IMG/VR virus record: IMGVR_UViG_3300037781_000079
Coordinates: 6,489 to 70,488 of that record
Reading direction: 5' to 3' (one strand)
Length of the DNA: 64,000 nt
Source: a virus
Taxonomy: Duplodnaviria; Caudoviricetes
Under the pieces are notes generated by a model that worked only from the letters and a program-made list of their open reading frames with translations, was not told the origin of the DNA and made no database searches. The position numbers and the translations under genes were made by a program. The stretch's first letter is position 1, and each line of letters begins with the position of its first letter. Positions 38,301-45,577 of the stretch are shown here, one piece after another.

Positions 38301-38587
38301 ACTTCTCTACAGCCTCAAAAGACGGAATGGATATGGATGTTCTCATATCAACACTGAGGCTTACAGGTGTACCTGCAGGTAACATCAGCAGACTCGTGAA
38401 CAACTACTCAGAATTGCTAAATTTGGACTTGTCTGATACAGATAACTGGCATGAGGCTGTTCTGAGGATTATGAATTACAGTGAGTACATCACTGACCAG
38501 TTAAACGACACCGGGGGCTCCGGAGGATTTGCGCCTATTATGGGAGCGCCGGCGCCACCACCACCCCCTCCTCCACCAGGAATGTGA
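29366..38587 (+). CDS. giant putative ejected virion protein (3073 aa, TTG start), polyvalent-protein-like
   Basis: Uninterrupted ORF; central acidic repeat linker; helical C-terminal region (ANLATSIKQTSS...KKLQQSS...NLFLTAPKQ) like the C-termini of large phage internal/polyvalent proteins. Confidence 0.7.
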   Translation: MTQQTTLGGPTGPGGPQGPENGKPSVTARQVYDYVRSFDKIKPIVGDSFEEFSDKYSDPVAQVKLWEAVSKLSTKRRPDFDFNDIDGFKKGVSETIDPKSSAATRALDNLTRSTVKPSYLGTGDESDRDDKPITGSIPPITKEQKQEKERAKKEEEQKKKEEEEKKKNREAEEQRGQIQSNLETAPDQPVSPLGPTRITSPSEFFGGPAPDAESLEMQRLAGSDVPTESIVPSNALGADPSLRLTIDQAVSMGYVDEYSNIDGTSSYQIAPHLSSEMAEWVNSRFDPSKPNPISTGDEEAIKDRVNTFETAANVASDSSQWTERRRLKMQADLIDLGYDPDQARKKASSIMETAEDALWSKKYGSFLGDDFFSKYDWDKEYRSIKDPYAFLREQNPDLPEGSATAMLPNFDQYNEVQKGLLSQIPQDDSFDSRIIGNYWVTSVSSDPRVIKDIDRYAKLVESVKEGEDLSEKDEAFLMGTRVKAYQMFAKHIEAETKRLNSTIDWNLYNEGVEEYAKIDSDLKELVQKIEASGGVTEDDPDYKRYRELVQEMKVSLEKWKKSGVNQENISLATNMWAAQKVLTQQANHVLSNRAVIYPDLEKMVSEKEAIRRLKSDAYTWSSSVFSSGGSAGLGSYAQATGVQAFDQVIRPMVSPFTRLAESILKTPKNIQDGLGVAENTWTLLDDVYDWADASGQELWDPPKELQGELFNEDLSVNWTLMPSKSFEAISQLYMFAVSGGAAGAPGIVVNAAIMEQDNLYQEAINAGLDRQEASIFSTSLGLAIGLSELIVRDDKVVGLTRTVKKEVTETTLRMIKDGVSPRVAVKRALTDIGMNTTKEGMEEVINLATEKAGKLTYNMVYNERLFDDEIHLNEAAEAFTMGMVAGFFGGAGGAINSSRSKVRQDYMFNAAQNKDQTIDVIDKSNMYTQQEREQFKQLVRDYAEIIEAQSDEVKNLPAWMRSELAAVEYEISQYAKDKNAERMTANNPFVNRDQLRNEVTRAKFGAYMDKMAKRPLTEVQKVLAREVEVELQELRRLREQLSPGETRASFTGSGLDQRSRGKTSIRDRARSIFTRHKKNTQDTQDSRPFKGPKSEVGYYYIAGKEFMLDADLDNPLDAVRMTPEGTIVVTLVDDDGNRSQIAGKHASDLLNQVISDITDQSDQEIIDSLVEQLDVTEEVAQEMLNTARVESTEEANQESQAREQELDDKVVQEVSSQVSEEVATEEITTEEVTTQEEETTEETATEETATEEETATEETQDQTPQITKEELEEEIQIITDKIIRGQVLSPTQMVIYDNMRNTITEAVEASLDGRTFSIDQAQEETQEETQEEVQEEAQEDQMSEEDRQIVFEITGKLVGEETQETQEETQEETQEETQEETQEEEEEIQEQETQEETVEEVDEALSSEEKNAERAREMLQEEKLFTEEEIREIAMLLPGAVEIIRVAEEKGWELSFSYKHTRDEVFVGVRKREHSPLIHWVNVSTYSPSKWFFDHTYHVGSGAVKRGFSHRYDMAESIQKAIDSVKIDEDTADTQQEEVVEEETVEEVDQDLYPGATELKTDRLSLYDRSAESEPADFGRTKTPLKVWGIMTDKGPRFFAKSERYKGWIEVTLKGNSQGRWMLANPVSKKTYQSKGKVEEAMADNTGVAKASESVSKPSTPKTNQGVTEARRTPSDIVSLAEAINEEAKDESETVSLEEIEEIYRLFSTKKESSIKSALRMINVMLPSEVALARGWDAHTDKKAVEYSESRQKLKDQLKARHQQAIRESDEYQKELDRQALSEQGRLDMKEGMDMIGDSDNMSMSLAFSLTNLTRGSAKILSGAIKVLRSEAMKGSDQTALLAAFDRYAADGSEAASRQINRLLKKIPALQATADNAESFGKRLGVDSRYKTFPAVIRAALRNGTSSDEILDAMSRYVKIDSKTDFKKLFPAEYQVLEDLAESYGVSSTKLFNFLANPAKPGKMKKMTDDQELIYQMVISSVLAESNSMTTGAQVSELLDEMAVAYGVTSMSSSLTPLNLMNVAMRMKALADEYRSMSIEDVRDQMEEVLLDSKLKVNEELEKAFEKNQELKDLMVSIRQESRDKKKTIDQKKQIIADLLRSTMKKGIMSNLNPSDMMVMVTILKNVETADQLEKGIREIKWRVGNAFIRQAQGTLQKQLKSKFSKKENGILKANRVDDATRIAVERIKKAIGKDGESAIPTSDLNNDKLIEELGTDISDDRRKEVVATIYANEIIQSYRAADNVLKNPSEYSPVNQGTREISNTLSAIGNISSALENFSTLVETGRQNLKDELSKAHEEILDNVDQVYEGIRREGPDTAAGETTEEYQGRVNPRRKVGKDNKRTIGNKFRRFVSSFRGIIQDMDGLAAMLSLNNQRLVEMSKDLQIGDVHYERDMHSVGKLVEEAYVAYFGKNYRNTIRVLRTRRAIRLDGFGRYARDPRHNNGPMVLNQFQALHVWQQYKDPTQLKNIAHTFGIETRNKDIKDVKSEVDVIMKHIDNNLDPRVKEYGNWKQQKLFPYIYEQVNPVYRAVYRAQLQQVEVYVGPAIKRGTDISEPTQLLDSKDDSSRAFGASVSNNSLKERQANVHALEILDDEVITFKYLNDMMWFKNMAVPFRDMKRVITNQKVKEAAEQANLDKELKKMNELLNAASNRYVTLQDTATKILNWTTGAMAVGTLGANLATSIKQTSSAIIAFSRHPYGVADYFWTLMKLSAQPARVARTVKKLYKDPFIRRRYEKSYSALLSSMNDYITGAPKTGSKVIQLMDWLSGSVMFHLKVGDFFGAMGALPTYISVYEKELAKTNDHAAAELKAMDEFAISTKKLQQSSSGLDKDSTQLNPNTAILNLFLTAPKQQYRESVSDLRDIYRHLHNTFKGTNYSTRKGLGHSFMSWVTIRFALPVLIQYIGNGFMGLAGLSDPEEDEQSKDLIRAAVLGNLNAIFFLGSVLSTFADAVQGKPYTRFELTPSESLWNTFFDSVRDFSTASKDGMDMDVLISTLRLTGVPAGNISRLVNNYSELLNLDLSDTDNWHEAVLRIMNYSEYITDQLNDTGGSGGFAPIMGAPAPPPPPPPPGM
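33455..33514 (+). repeat. tandem repeat (GAAACCCAGGAG)x5 encoding ETQE
   Basis: Five exact copies counted. Confidence 0.95.
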
Positions 38588-38605
38588 GGGAATTAAAAGA
38601 ACAGC

Positions 38606-39868
38606 ATGGCATTTCAATCAGGCATTCAAACATCGGTAGACGGAGTTGCGGGAACCGCATTGATCACGGACTTGTCGAACTATGACGCTGCAGCTCAAAA
38701 TGGAGCTGAGAGAGCTGATTTTACCGACTTCTTAATGGTAAGGGTTGAGAGACCTGTTGATGGAGGTATATACGAGTTTGCAACAGCTAACGCGCAAACA
38801 CTCGATAACGATCAGATCATAGACGCTCCATCCGAGGACACTGGTAATGAATACACCGTACCGAGTTCGTTTCACGTTGTCAATGGATCATACACAGCTA
38901 CAGTTGTGGCTATACCTACGTATGATGCTACAGTTGGCTATTTTACGGATAATCTTGTCTACCATAACGGGTCGATCTATAGAGCGGTTCAAAACGTAAC
39001 CGGTATTGAGCCGGGGACGAATGACCTTGCCTGGGAGTTGAAGACCGTAACGGAGGTCATAGATGGAGACATAGGTACTGTTTACACTTCATTCAAAGTG
39101 TACTCGGTTGAATTCCTTACCGAATCTACGGATCCTTACGCGACAACCATGCTTGACGCTCAGAGTGTCCTGCAGGTGAGTATCGGGTCAAACTGTGACC
39201 TCATCACAGCTGTTGATGGCTCCAACTATGGAACAAATGACGAGAACGGACATTCATTGTCGGATTTCGACGGTTACAGAAGGTTGATAATCAGTAACTC
39301 TGGCGGCGTTGTCGCTGAGTTGAATTCTCTTGACAACGACGATACTACTGATGAGATAACTCCGGCCTCTACCGGTAACACCGCTTTGGTGTGGGATATG
39401 GCAGACAACGACAATGACGGTCTGTACACCATAGAGCTTTGCTCTGTACCCTCTTGGAAGCAAGAGGTCTACTACAACTCAATGACCGCAAGTAGGAAGG
39501 TCATCGTTTGGCACAATAACCAACTATGGGAGGCTACAGCTGCAAACCTGAACGAAGAGCCAGGAGCAGAAGGGTCGTCGAATTGGACTGTATTCACAGG
39601 GAACTTGTCTGACACCAGGTACTGTTTTGACGCTAAGGTTGTCGTCACCTGCCGGACGATTGATTTATGCTACAAGACCATGGTTTACGAGGCAAATTGC
39701 CTTTCGATAAATTGCTGCGAAGATGAGATCTGTGACAATCCGAAACTCGTTGGCGCCATGAGAATGAACCTCATCATGACAGAGCTGCCGTGGGCTGTGT
39801 CAAACAAAGACTGGTCAAGGGTTGATTCCCTGGTGAACGCCGCTCTAAATATCTGTTGCTGCTCATGA
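38606..39868 (+). CDS. tail structural protein with two internal repeats carrying CBM5/12-like motifs and Cys-rich C-terminus
   Basis: YDATVGYFTDNLVYHNGSIYRA...EPG...W and WKQEVYY...IVWHNNQLWEA...EPG...W; ends NICCCS. Confidence 0.6.
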   Translation: MAFQSGIQTSVDGVAGTALITDLSNYDAAAQNGAERADFTDFLMVRVERPVDGGIYEFATANAQTLDNDQIIDAPSEDTGNEYTVPSSFHVVNGSYTATVVAIPTYDATVGYFTDNLVYHNGSIYRAVQNVTGIEPGTNDLAWELKTVTEVIDGDIGTVYTSFKVYSVEFLTESTDPYATTMLDAQSVLQVSIGSNCDLITAVDGSNYGTNDENGHSLSDFDGYRRLIISNSGGVVAELNSLDNDDTTDEITPASTGNTALVWDMADNDNDGLYTIELCSVPSWKQEVYYNSMTASRKVIVWHNNQLWEATAANLNEEPGAEGSSNWTVFTGNLSDTRYCFDAKVVVTCRTIDLCYKTMVYEANCLSINCCEDEICDNPKLVGAMRMNLIMTELPWAVSNKDWSRVDSLVNAALNICCCS

Positions 39869-40086
39869 GTGTAGTTGTAAGCGAATACAAGTTTGAGGAA
39901 GGGAAAAGAGCCCTCCTCAAGAAGTCATCGAAAGCCCTCGACAAGGAGGTTTACGGAATCGGTTGTGATCACTCCTGGGCCAACATCTTCTCAAGGTTTT
40001 TGGCTCTTGATGTGCTTGCATGCCCTGATGGTTTAACACAAGATCAGGTTGATTGCCTGGTCATAAAAGTCTACAAGAACTGCTGA
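39865..40086 (+). CDS. small Cys-containing tail-module protein
   Basis: MSVVVSEYKFEEG...; coupled to neighbours on both sides. Confidence 0.65.
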   Translation: MSVVVSEYKFEEGKRALLKKSSKALDKEVYGIGCDHSWANIFSRFLALDVLACPDGLTQDQVDCLVIKVYKNC

Positions 40087-41423
40087 TGCCTGTATGTAAC
40101 GACGACATACTGAAGGAAGGATTTACGGAGCAACAACCCGCTGAACAAGAGGCGAATCACTCCCTTTTGCTCAAACCTTTGTGCCCGAGTCCATTTGACG
40201 CATCTACTGATTGTGATCCGGTAACCATAACGGAAATCGATGGGTCAACATCAACCGCTCCGTCTGGTTCTGAGTTTACGTGCTCTTTCTCTCCTATTAC
40301 TCTTGAGACATCAAGGGGTAACGAAATAGCCGATATTTTGTCTTATCCGGAGGATGGTGTTTTTGTCGTTCCCAACATCAACCTTTCTGATGCGGATGGA
40401 GTTGTCGGGCCTGTAGCCGCTCCTTTAGGTATTGAGATCTCGAACACAACTGTAGCCTCATACACGACAAACCTGGCTACAGGCGATCTGTCTATAACGG
40501 TGGATCCTTTTGGTTCAGCCACAGTTACTAATCTCGACGGTACTGAAGCAACTGTCAATGTTGGTGAATCATACTCGTGCACGTTTCCAGAGATACAGCT
40601 TGTCACTCAACTTGGTGTGGTTGTGGATACAATATCGTCCATGCCGGCAGGAGGGGAGCATACCTTACCTCTGGTGAACATCAATGATCAATCTATACTG
40701 GTCGGTATATTCCCAACCCCAACCGGGGTGAATATAACGAACGCGGATGTGGCCGGAGCTTCTGTAGATCTCGTAACAGGTGAGTTCAACATCGAGATTG
40801 ATCTACCGCCAACCATAACACCTTCAGGCACTCTTTACCAAGGGGTAGCTTTCAATCAGTTTGTAAGTCATGAGACAGGGGATCAAGGATGGTTACTTCA
40901 AAACAACATGATTCAAAATGTTGTTCCTGCCAACCCTGACAAGATAATGAGGCTTGACTATTCGAGTCCTTCTCCTTTTTGGACACTAACAGAGCTCAAC
41001 GGGCATGGTACATACGATAGATTTACAGACACATCCGGGAACCCTGTAAACCAGGGTAGCGCAGGAGTTCAAGTTTTTCAGGATTGGCTTACTGGATATG
41101 AGTTTTTATCTGAAAGACAGTTTCTTGGTCAGACATTCACTCAGCAGATCGCGAGCGCATCCGCTCTAACAACGAATGGTCACAGCGACTGGTTTGTCGT
41201 CCCAAGAGAGCTTTGGCTTACTATTGTTTACTTCGATTCAACACCAGGAAACATAGGTAGGACACCTGGCGGTGGTATCATGACTGGAATAAGATTCAAC
41301 ACTGTTAATCCACTGAACACTGGTCAAACGTACGTAACATGGACAAATGGTGAACCAAACATCAGCAGGGTTGATAAATCAAACACTACGTATTACTGCC
41401 TCGTTGCAAGAAAAATGACATGA
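40086..41423 (+). CDS. tail fibre / receptor-binding protein with C-terminal DUF1566 (Lcl-C, C-type lectin)-like domain
   Basis: QDWLTGYEF...NGHSDWFVVPRELW...YYCLVAR; two ~95-aa N-terminal repeats; start revised to MPVCND (TGATG). Confidence 0.6.
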   Translation: MPVCNDDILKEGFTEQQPAEQEANHSLLLKPLCPSPFDASTDCDPVTITEIDGSTSTAPSGSEFTCSFSPITLETSRGNEIADILSYPEDGVFVVPNINLSDADGVVGPVAAPLGIEISNTTVASYTTNLATGDLSITVDPFGSATVTNLDGTEATVNVGESYSCTFPEIQLVTQLGVVVDTISSMPAGGEHTLPLVNINDQSILVGIFPTPTGVNITNADVAGASVDLVTGEFNIEIDLPPTITPSGTLYQGVAFNQFVSHETGDQGWLLQNNMIQNVVPANPDKIMRLDYSSPSPFWTLTELNGHGTYDRFTDTSGNPVNQGSAGVQVFQDWLTGYEFLSERQFLGQTFTQQIASASALTTNGHSDWFVVPRELWLTIVYFDSTPGNIGRTPGGGIMTGIRFNTVNPLNTGQTYVTWTNGEPNISRVDKSNTTYYCLVARKMT

Positions 41424-41424
41424 A

Positions 41425-41697
41425 ATGGTTAAAAGACTGAAAGACTATACCTGGCAGATAAACGGTGAGTTCCCGTTCAAAGATTCATCTCTGTTGAATC
41501 CAACCTTTGAGGTCTTACTTGTGGTTTATAGCCCGAGAGACTTGATGGCCAGAATAACACTTGAGTTCAGGGAGGGGAACTTCCCTCACACGGAGGATTA
41601 CGAATTATTCATCACGGGTGACAATGAAGGGATTGATGCTACGAACGTCGTAGATTTGATATCAATTTTGATACCTGAAGCAAAGATCATACAATGA
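41425..41697 (+). CDS. small tail-module protein (90 aa)
   Basis: ORF coupled to next gene (ATGA). Confidence 0.7.
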   Translation: MVKRLKDYTWQINGEFPFKDSSLLNPTFEVLLVVYSPRDLMARITLEFREGNFPHTEDYELFITGDNEGIDATNVVDLISILIPEAKIIQ

Positions 41698-43745
41698 GCT
41701 GCGATTCATCACTACAGTCAGAGAAGTTTGGACAAGATTCAGACAACTACACAAGCCAGGTGAACATCTATGATGGAGTCACTTTTTCTTGTCTTGAATT
41801 GGGAGAAAGCCCAACCCTAAACAGCGTCCTGCAGGTTTTCGGCAACGCAATATGCACTTTGATCTCAGGAGGCGGAGATTCGGGAGGGACCGAAAACATC
41901 GATGTATCAAATGTGATTTGGGAAGGGTCAACAACCCTTCAGACTTACATAAACCAGATCACGTCAGACATTTCCGACCTTCAGGAATCGGTATCCGGCA
42001 TTGGCACCTACACCATGGATGACATCCTGTTTGGTGATACGCTGTCTTTACCTGATTGCTTTGATGGTACCTACACTTCAGAATCAACCCTGACAAGTGT
42101 TTTCCAAGAAGCAGCTGGCCTCATTTGCGAAAACAAATCTGACATCCAAACCGTAAAGGACTACATAGCTGCAACGCATCTCGAAATCATGCAGAATCAA
42201 GAGATGTTGACTTTTGAAGGTGGTTCCGGAGACTACAAAATAGTGTCAGGGTCTGGTGTTGAGTTTTGGAATTCTGCCGGCGGCGGGATCAGCCGGTTCC
42301 TTGTCAATGGGAAATACACTGAGGTTTCAAACTCAGCCATGATAGTCACAGACAACTCAGACAACTACATAGAAGTCAGAGAAGACGGTACTTACGGAAA
42401 AGTAGCTGTGCCGATTGGTGACCCGGTTCCATCCCCTGTTTCTGGTCAGTTTATCTGGAAAGTCCAAAAGAACCTTGGCGTCATGCTTAGTGCACCAAAC
42501 TTCACTGATCTCAGGAACTACAAGTACATCAACAAGAGCTCGAAAATTGGTGACGAAATAATCCAGACAATACATCTTGCTGATGAGGCTGTTTCCTCAG
42601 CCAAGATGACCCCACTCATAGCTGCCGGAACCAAGGGTTCATCAAACTTTTTTCAGATTACCGTTGATGTATCCGGCCGTGTTTCAAACGTCACCTCATC
42701 CGCGTCTTTCTCGTCTCTCTCAGACGGCGACTACATGAGGTGGAATGCTTCCGCCGGGCAATGGCAGAATGTCGCAGGGTCTACCGTTGTAGCTCCGTCA
42801 GCCAACGAAGGGGATGTGATGTACTACGACGGTACAAATTGGGCTGCAAGCTCAATGTTTGACATCTCAGCGTCTTCAATAGGTGTCAACTACACGAATG
42901 GTCAAGAGCACGCTCATCAATTTCAGCTCGGTAACGGGTTATGGCTTTCTTTTGGATCGAGGTTCTTGGGGCCCGATTCTATCACCTTGACATCAGGTGG
43001 TACCCTTTCGGCTTCTACCGAATACTTCTACAGGATTCAGTACGAAGACGCAGGAGGTCAGCTTTCTTTGCCTTCAGAAGAAGAATCAGAAGTTACAACC
43101 GTGTCAGACAAGACCGTAAATGTTTCGGTCAAGTTCCCGAACGGAATTGTTGGGGCAAGGGTTTGGAGGTCTACAACTTCTGGTTCATACTCTGATTACA
43201 TTGACATCACGGAAGAGCAAATCGTGGTTGATGATGGTTCAATCTCGTGGAGCAGTGGCTCTATTGTTGATATCGACAAAAGCAGAGCTCTGCTCGTGGG
43301 TCAATCCGGAATTCTTTTTGGTGAGAACGACCCTCAGTCTATGATGTCTCTGTACAGCAAGACAGGGGCACTGGTGAACGTAGCTAAATTCAGGAGGGAA
43401 TCGAGCTCGATCATAGATTCGTATGCTCTTACTGTGGAGAACAAGGATACGAGCAACGAGAACAACTACGGTATCAAAGTGTCTACAGAGAACTCCACTT
43501 CAGACAACGTTTCCGTGTGGGTTGAATCAGGGAGGCTCGCTATGGGTTCAAACCCTGCATCATTCAATACCAATGCTTTAGCTGAGTTCAGTTCTACAGA
43601 AAAAGGTATATTGCTCCCAAGAATGACGACCATCGAAAGAGATGCAGTATCCTGGGTTGCAGGAGATGCAGGGATGGTGATATTCAATGTTACTGATTCG
43701 AAATTCCAAGGTTGGGACGGCAGTGCCTGGAACAACCTACACTAA
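41694..43745 (+). CDS. tail fibre protein (683 aa)
   Basis: Ser/Gly/Thr-rich; W-turn motifs YMRWNASAGQWQN, MYYDGTNW; C-terminal KGILLPRMTTIERDA...FQGWDGSAW. Confidence 0.7.
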   Translation: MSCDSSLQSEKFGQDSDNYTSQVNIYDGVTFSCLELGESPTLNSVLQVFGNAICTLISGGGDSGGTENIDVSNVIWEGSTTLQTYINQITSDISDLQESVSGIGTYTMDDILFGDTLSLPDCFDGTYTSESTLTSVFQEAAGLICENKSDIQTVKDYIAATHLEIMQNQEMLTFEGGSGDYKIVSGSGVEFWNSAGGGISRFLVNGKYTEVSNSAMIVTDNSDNYIEVREDGTYGKVAVPIGDPVPSPVSGQFIWKVQKNLGVMLSAPNFTDLRNYKYINKSSKIGDEIIQTIHLADEAVSSAKMTPLIAAGTKGSSNFFQITVDVSGRVSNVTSSASFSSLSDGDYMRWNASAGQWQNVAGSTVVAPSANEGDVMYYDGTNWAASSMFDISASSIGVNYTNGQEHAHQFQLGNGLWLSFGSRFLGPDSITLTSGGTLSASTEYFYRIQYEDAGGQLSLPSEEESEVTTVSDKTVNVSVKFPNGIVGARVWRSTTSGSYSDYIDITEEQIVVDDGSISWSSGSIVDIDKSRALLVGQSGILFGENDPQSMMSLYSKTGALVNVAKFRRESSSIIDSYALTVENKDTSNENNYGIKVSTENSTSDNVSVWVESGRLAMGSNPASFNTNALAEFSSTEKGILLPRMTTIERDAVSWVAGDAGMVIFNVTDSKFQGWDGSAWNNLH

Positions 43746-43759
43746 AAACCAAAACCCAC

Positions 43760-44464
43760 ATGAAAAAGGTGATTGTTATCGGTCGTTCTGGTGTACAGTA
43801 CGACGAGAAGATCTTTTCAGATGATGAGCTCGGAAAGATCTCAAACAAAAGAATGACGAACGAGATAGGCGTAGCACTCCTCGAAAAGGATTACCCGAAA
43901 TGGTGCTCCCGATTGACTGTTGTGGAGAAAAACCCTATCGGGCCAGAGAACCAGTACGAATGCGAAACGGATGTTTGCAAGAAGTGGATGAAGTCCAAAA
44001 TCGAGAGTCTTCTCAGCGTCGAAAAGAGGGATGGTGAGCGCATCCGTGGTTTCATATCTGGTGTTTCCATTGTCCTCTCTTTGGAAGATGAGAACATCCG
44101 TCAAATGGCCGGGAAGCAGTTGGTACGGAACGCTATTGGCACAATGGATCAGTACGATCTGAAACTCTCTGATATCCCGGTATTCAGCGATGAGGAAGCC
44201 GCTTTTATTGATAGGGTCTACAGGACTTTCGACCCTGTTTCAAATGCGACCCCAAGTTCAACCGCTTCGGTTCTTGATAATCTGTCCGAAGAAGCTGAAA
44301 CAACAACTGGTGATTCAGATCCAGGTGATCCAGAGATGAAATCAGAAGAAGAGATTAAAAAAGAGGAAACAGAAAATCACAGAGATACCGCCGGAGGTTT
44401 GAACCTTGATGATATCCCTGAAGAAGCAAATGGAGATCAATCAGAAGAGGAGGAGATCAAGTAA
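43760..44464 (+). CDS. hypothetical protein, acidic C-terminus (start revised to MKKVIVIG)
   Basis: ATG after A/C-rich leader. Confidence 0.7.
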   Translation: MKKVIVIGRSGVQYDEKIFSDDELGKISNKRMTNEIGVALLEKDYPKWCSRLTVVEKNPIGPENQYECETDVCKKWMKSKIESLLSVEKRDGERIRGFISGVSIVLSLEDENIRQMAGKQLVRNAIGTMDQYDLKLSDIPVFSDEEAAFIDRVYRTFDPVSNATPSSTASVLDNLSEEAETTTGDSDPGDPEMKSEEEIKKEETENHRDTAGGLNLDDIPEEANGDQSEEEEIK

Positions 44465-44937
44465 TGGACGTAAACATCAGCATAACAAGAGGAGAGTCTT
44501 TTGCTCTCAAGGTAGCCGTTGATTCAATCCAGAAGCTCCCGGCGGACAAGTTCAAGATGAGTCCGAGGAACTGGATGAACCTTTCGAAGTCGATCAAGAA
44601 GATCGTTGATCTCAACATCGAGACGGAGGCTACCAGAAAGTCTCTTGCTTTGAAACTTGAAGAAGAGTTGAAAGGCGTAGACCCGAAAGAAGATGGAGCC
44701 GAAGAGAAGAAAAGGAGGATTCACGAGTCTTACAATGACCAATTCCTCAATTACCAAAACGAAGAGGTAAAACTTCGCGTGAGTAAAATCATGATGAACG
44801 AGATCCACGGAGATATTCCGCCGGCGCAAAACCTCACACTGTTTTTCAATTACCTCGTCCTTGAGGCAGGTGATGAGAAATCAGATGTTTACGAGCACCC
44901 CGAAGAGGAAGCCGACAAGGAGGCCGCCGAAGCCTAA
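44464..44937 (+). CDS. hypothetical protein (possible tail assembly chaperone)
   Basis: 157 aa, TAATG coupling, last rightward gene. Confidence 0.6.
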   Translation: MDVNISITRGESFALKVAVDSIQKLPADKFKMSPRNWMNLSKSIKKIVDLNIETEATRKSLALKLEEELKGVDPKEDGAEEKKRRIHESYNDQFLNYQNEEVKLRVSKIMMNEIHGDIPPAQNLTLFFNYLVLEAGDEKSDVYEHPEEEADKEAAEA

Positions 44938-45378
44938 TTTCCTCAGAGTCTTGTTTTGAGACTCAAGACCCTCGATAGCGTCACTTTGAGACCTGATCAT
45001 GGCTTCATCCAAATTGGAGTCTTCGATCAGGTCTTCTTTTTGCCTTTTAAGGAGCGCATTCTCTTCCTTCAAGGCTTCGTTCTTGTCTTTCCTTGATTCA
45101 GACACAATCTCAGAAGTCCACAGGGCTTCCTGCGCGTGGATTGACCTTTCTGTATTCGCTATCGAGTATTCGAGTACGTATCGAATCTTTGTATCGCACG
45201 GAGTCGGAAAGAAAATCCCAGAATCTCCTTCGTACACTATCGGAACGATGCAGTAGCTTGGAAATTTCGACAGCGGATTCACTTGCGTTGAGTCTCCTTG
45301 CGACCACACCGCGAAGGCGATCAGTAGACCTGTCAAGGTCAGCAATGTTCTCTGAATGAATTGACTCATAGTATTCAA
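44881..45378 (-). CDS. secreted/membrane coiled-coil protein, spanin-like partner
   Basis: Signal-like TLLTLTGLLIAFAVWS, coiled coil, C-terminal hydrophobic GFGGLLVGFLFGVLV; overlaps next gene in another frame. Confidence 0.55.
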   Translation of the reverse strand: MNTMSQFIQRTLLTLTGLLIAFAVWSQGDSTQVNPLSKFPSYCIVPIVYEGDSGIFFPTPCDTKIRYVLEYSIANTERSIHAQEALWTSEIVSESRKDKNEALKEENALLKRQKEDLIEDSNLDEAMIRSQSDAIEGLESQNKTLRKLGFGGLLVGFLFGVLVNI

Positions 45379-45577
45379 CTTTGTTTGAGATGCTGTCGTA
45401 CTTGATTTTCAAAAAAGCGAGAGAATCAGCGTAGGCTTCATTTCTGATTTTCCTTTGCTGAAACTCTCTCTCTTTCTCAGCTGTCAGGTGCCCGGAACCG
45501 AACTTCAATGTGAGGGCGGCCCCCACAAGGAGTCCGACAAAGAACACCAGGACGTGCGCTTGGTGGCGACTTTTCAT
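45110..45577 (-). CDS. i-spanin-like protein
   Basis: N-terminal TM VLVFFVGLLVGAALTL then coiled coil; directly downstream of lysin. Confidence 0.55.
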   Translation of the reverse strand: MKSRHQAHVLVFFVGLLVGAALTLKFGSGHLTAEKEREFQQRKIRNEAYADSLAFLKIKYDSISNKVEYYESIHSENIADLDRSTDRLRGVVARRLNASESAVEISKLLHRSDSVRRRFWDFLSDSVRYKDSIRTRILDSEYRKVNPRAGSPVDF

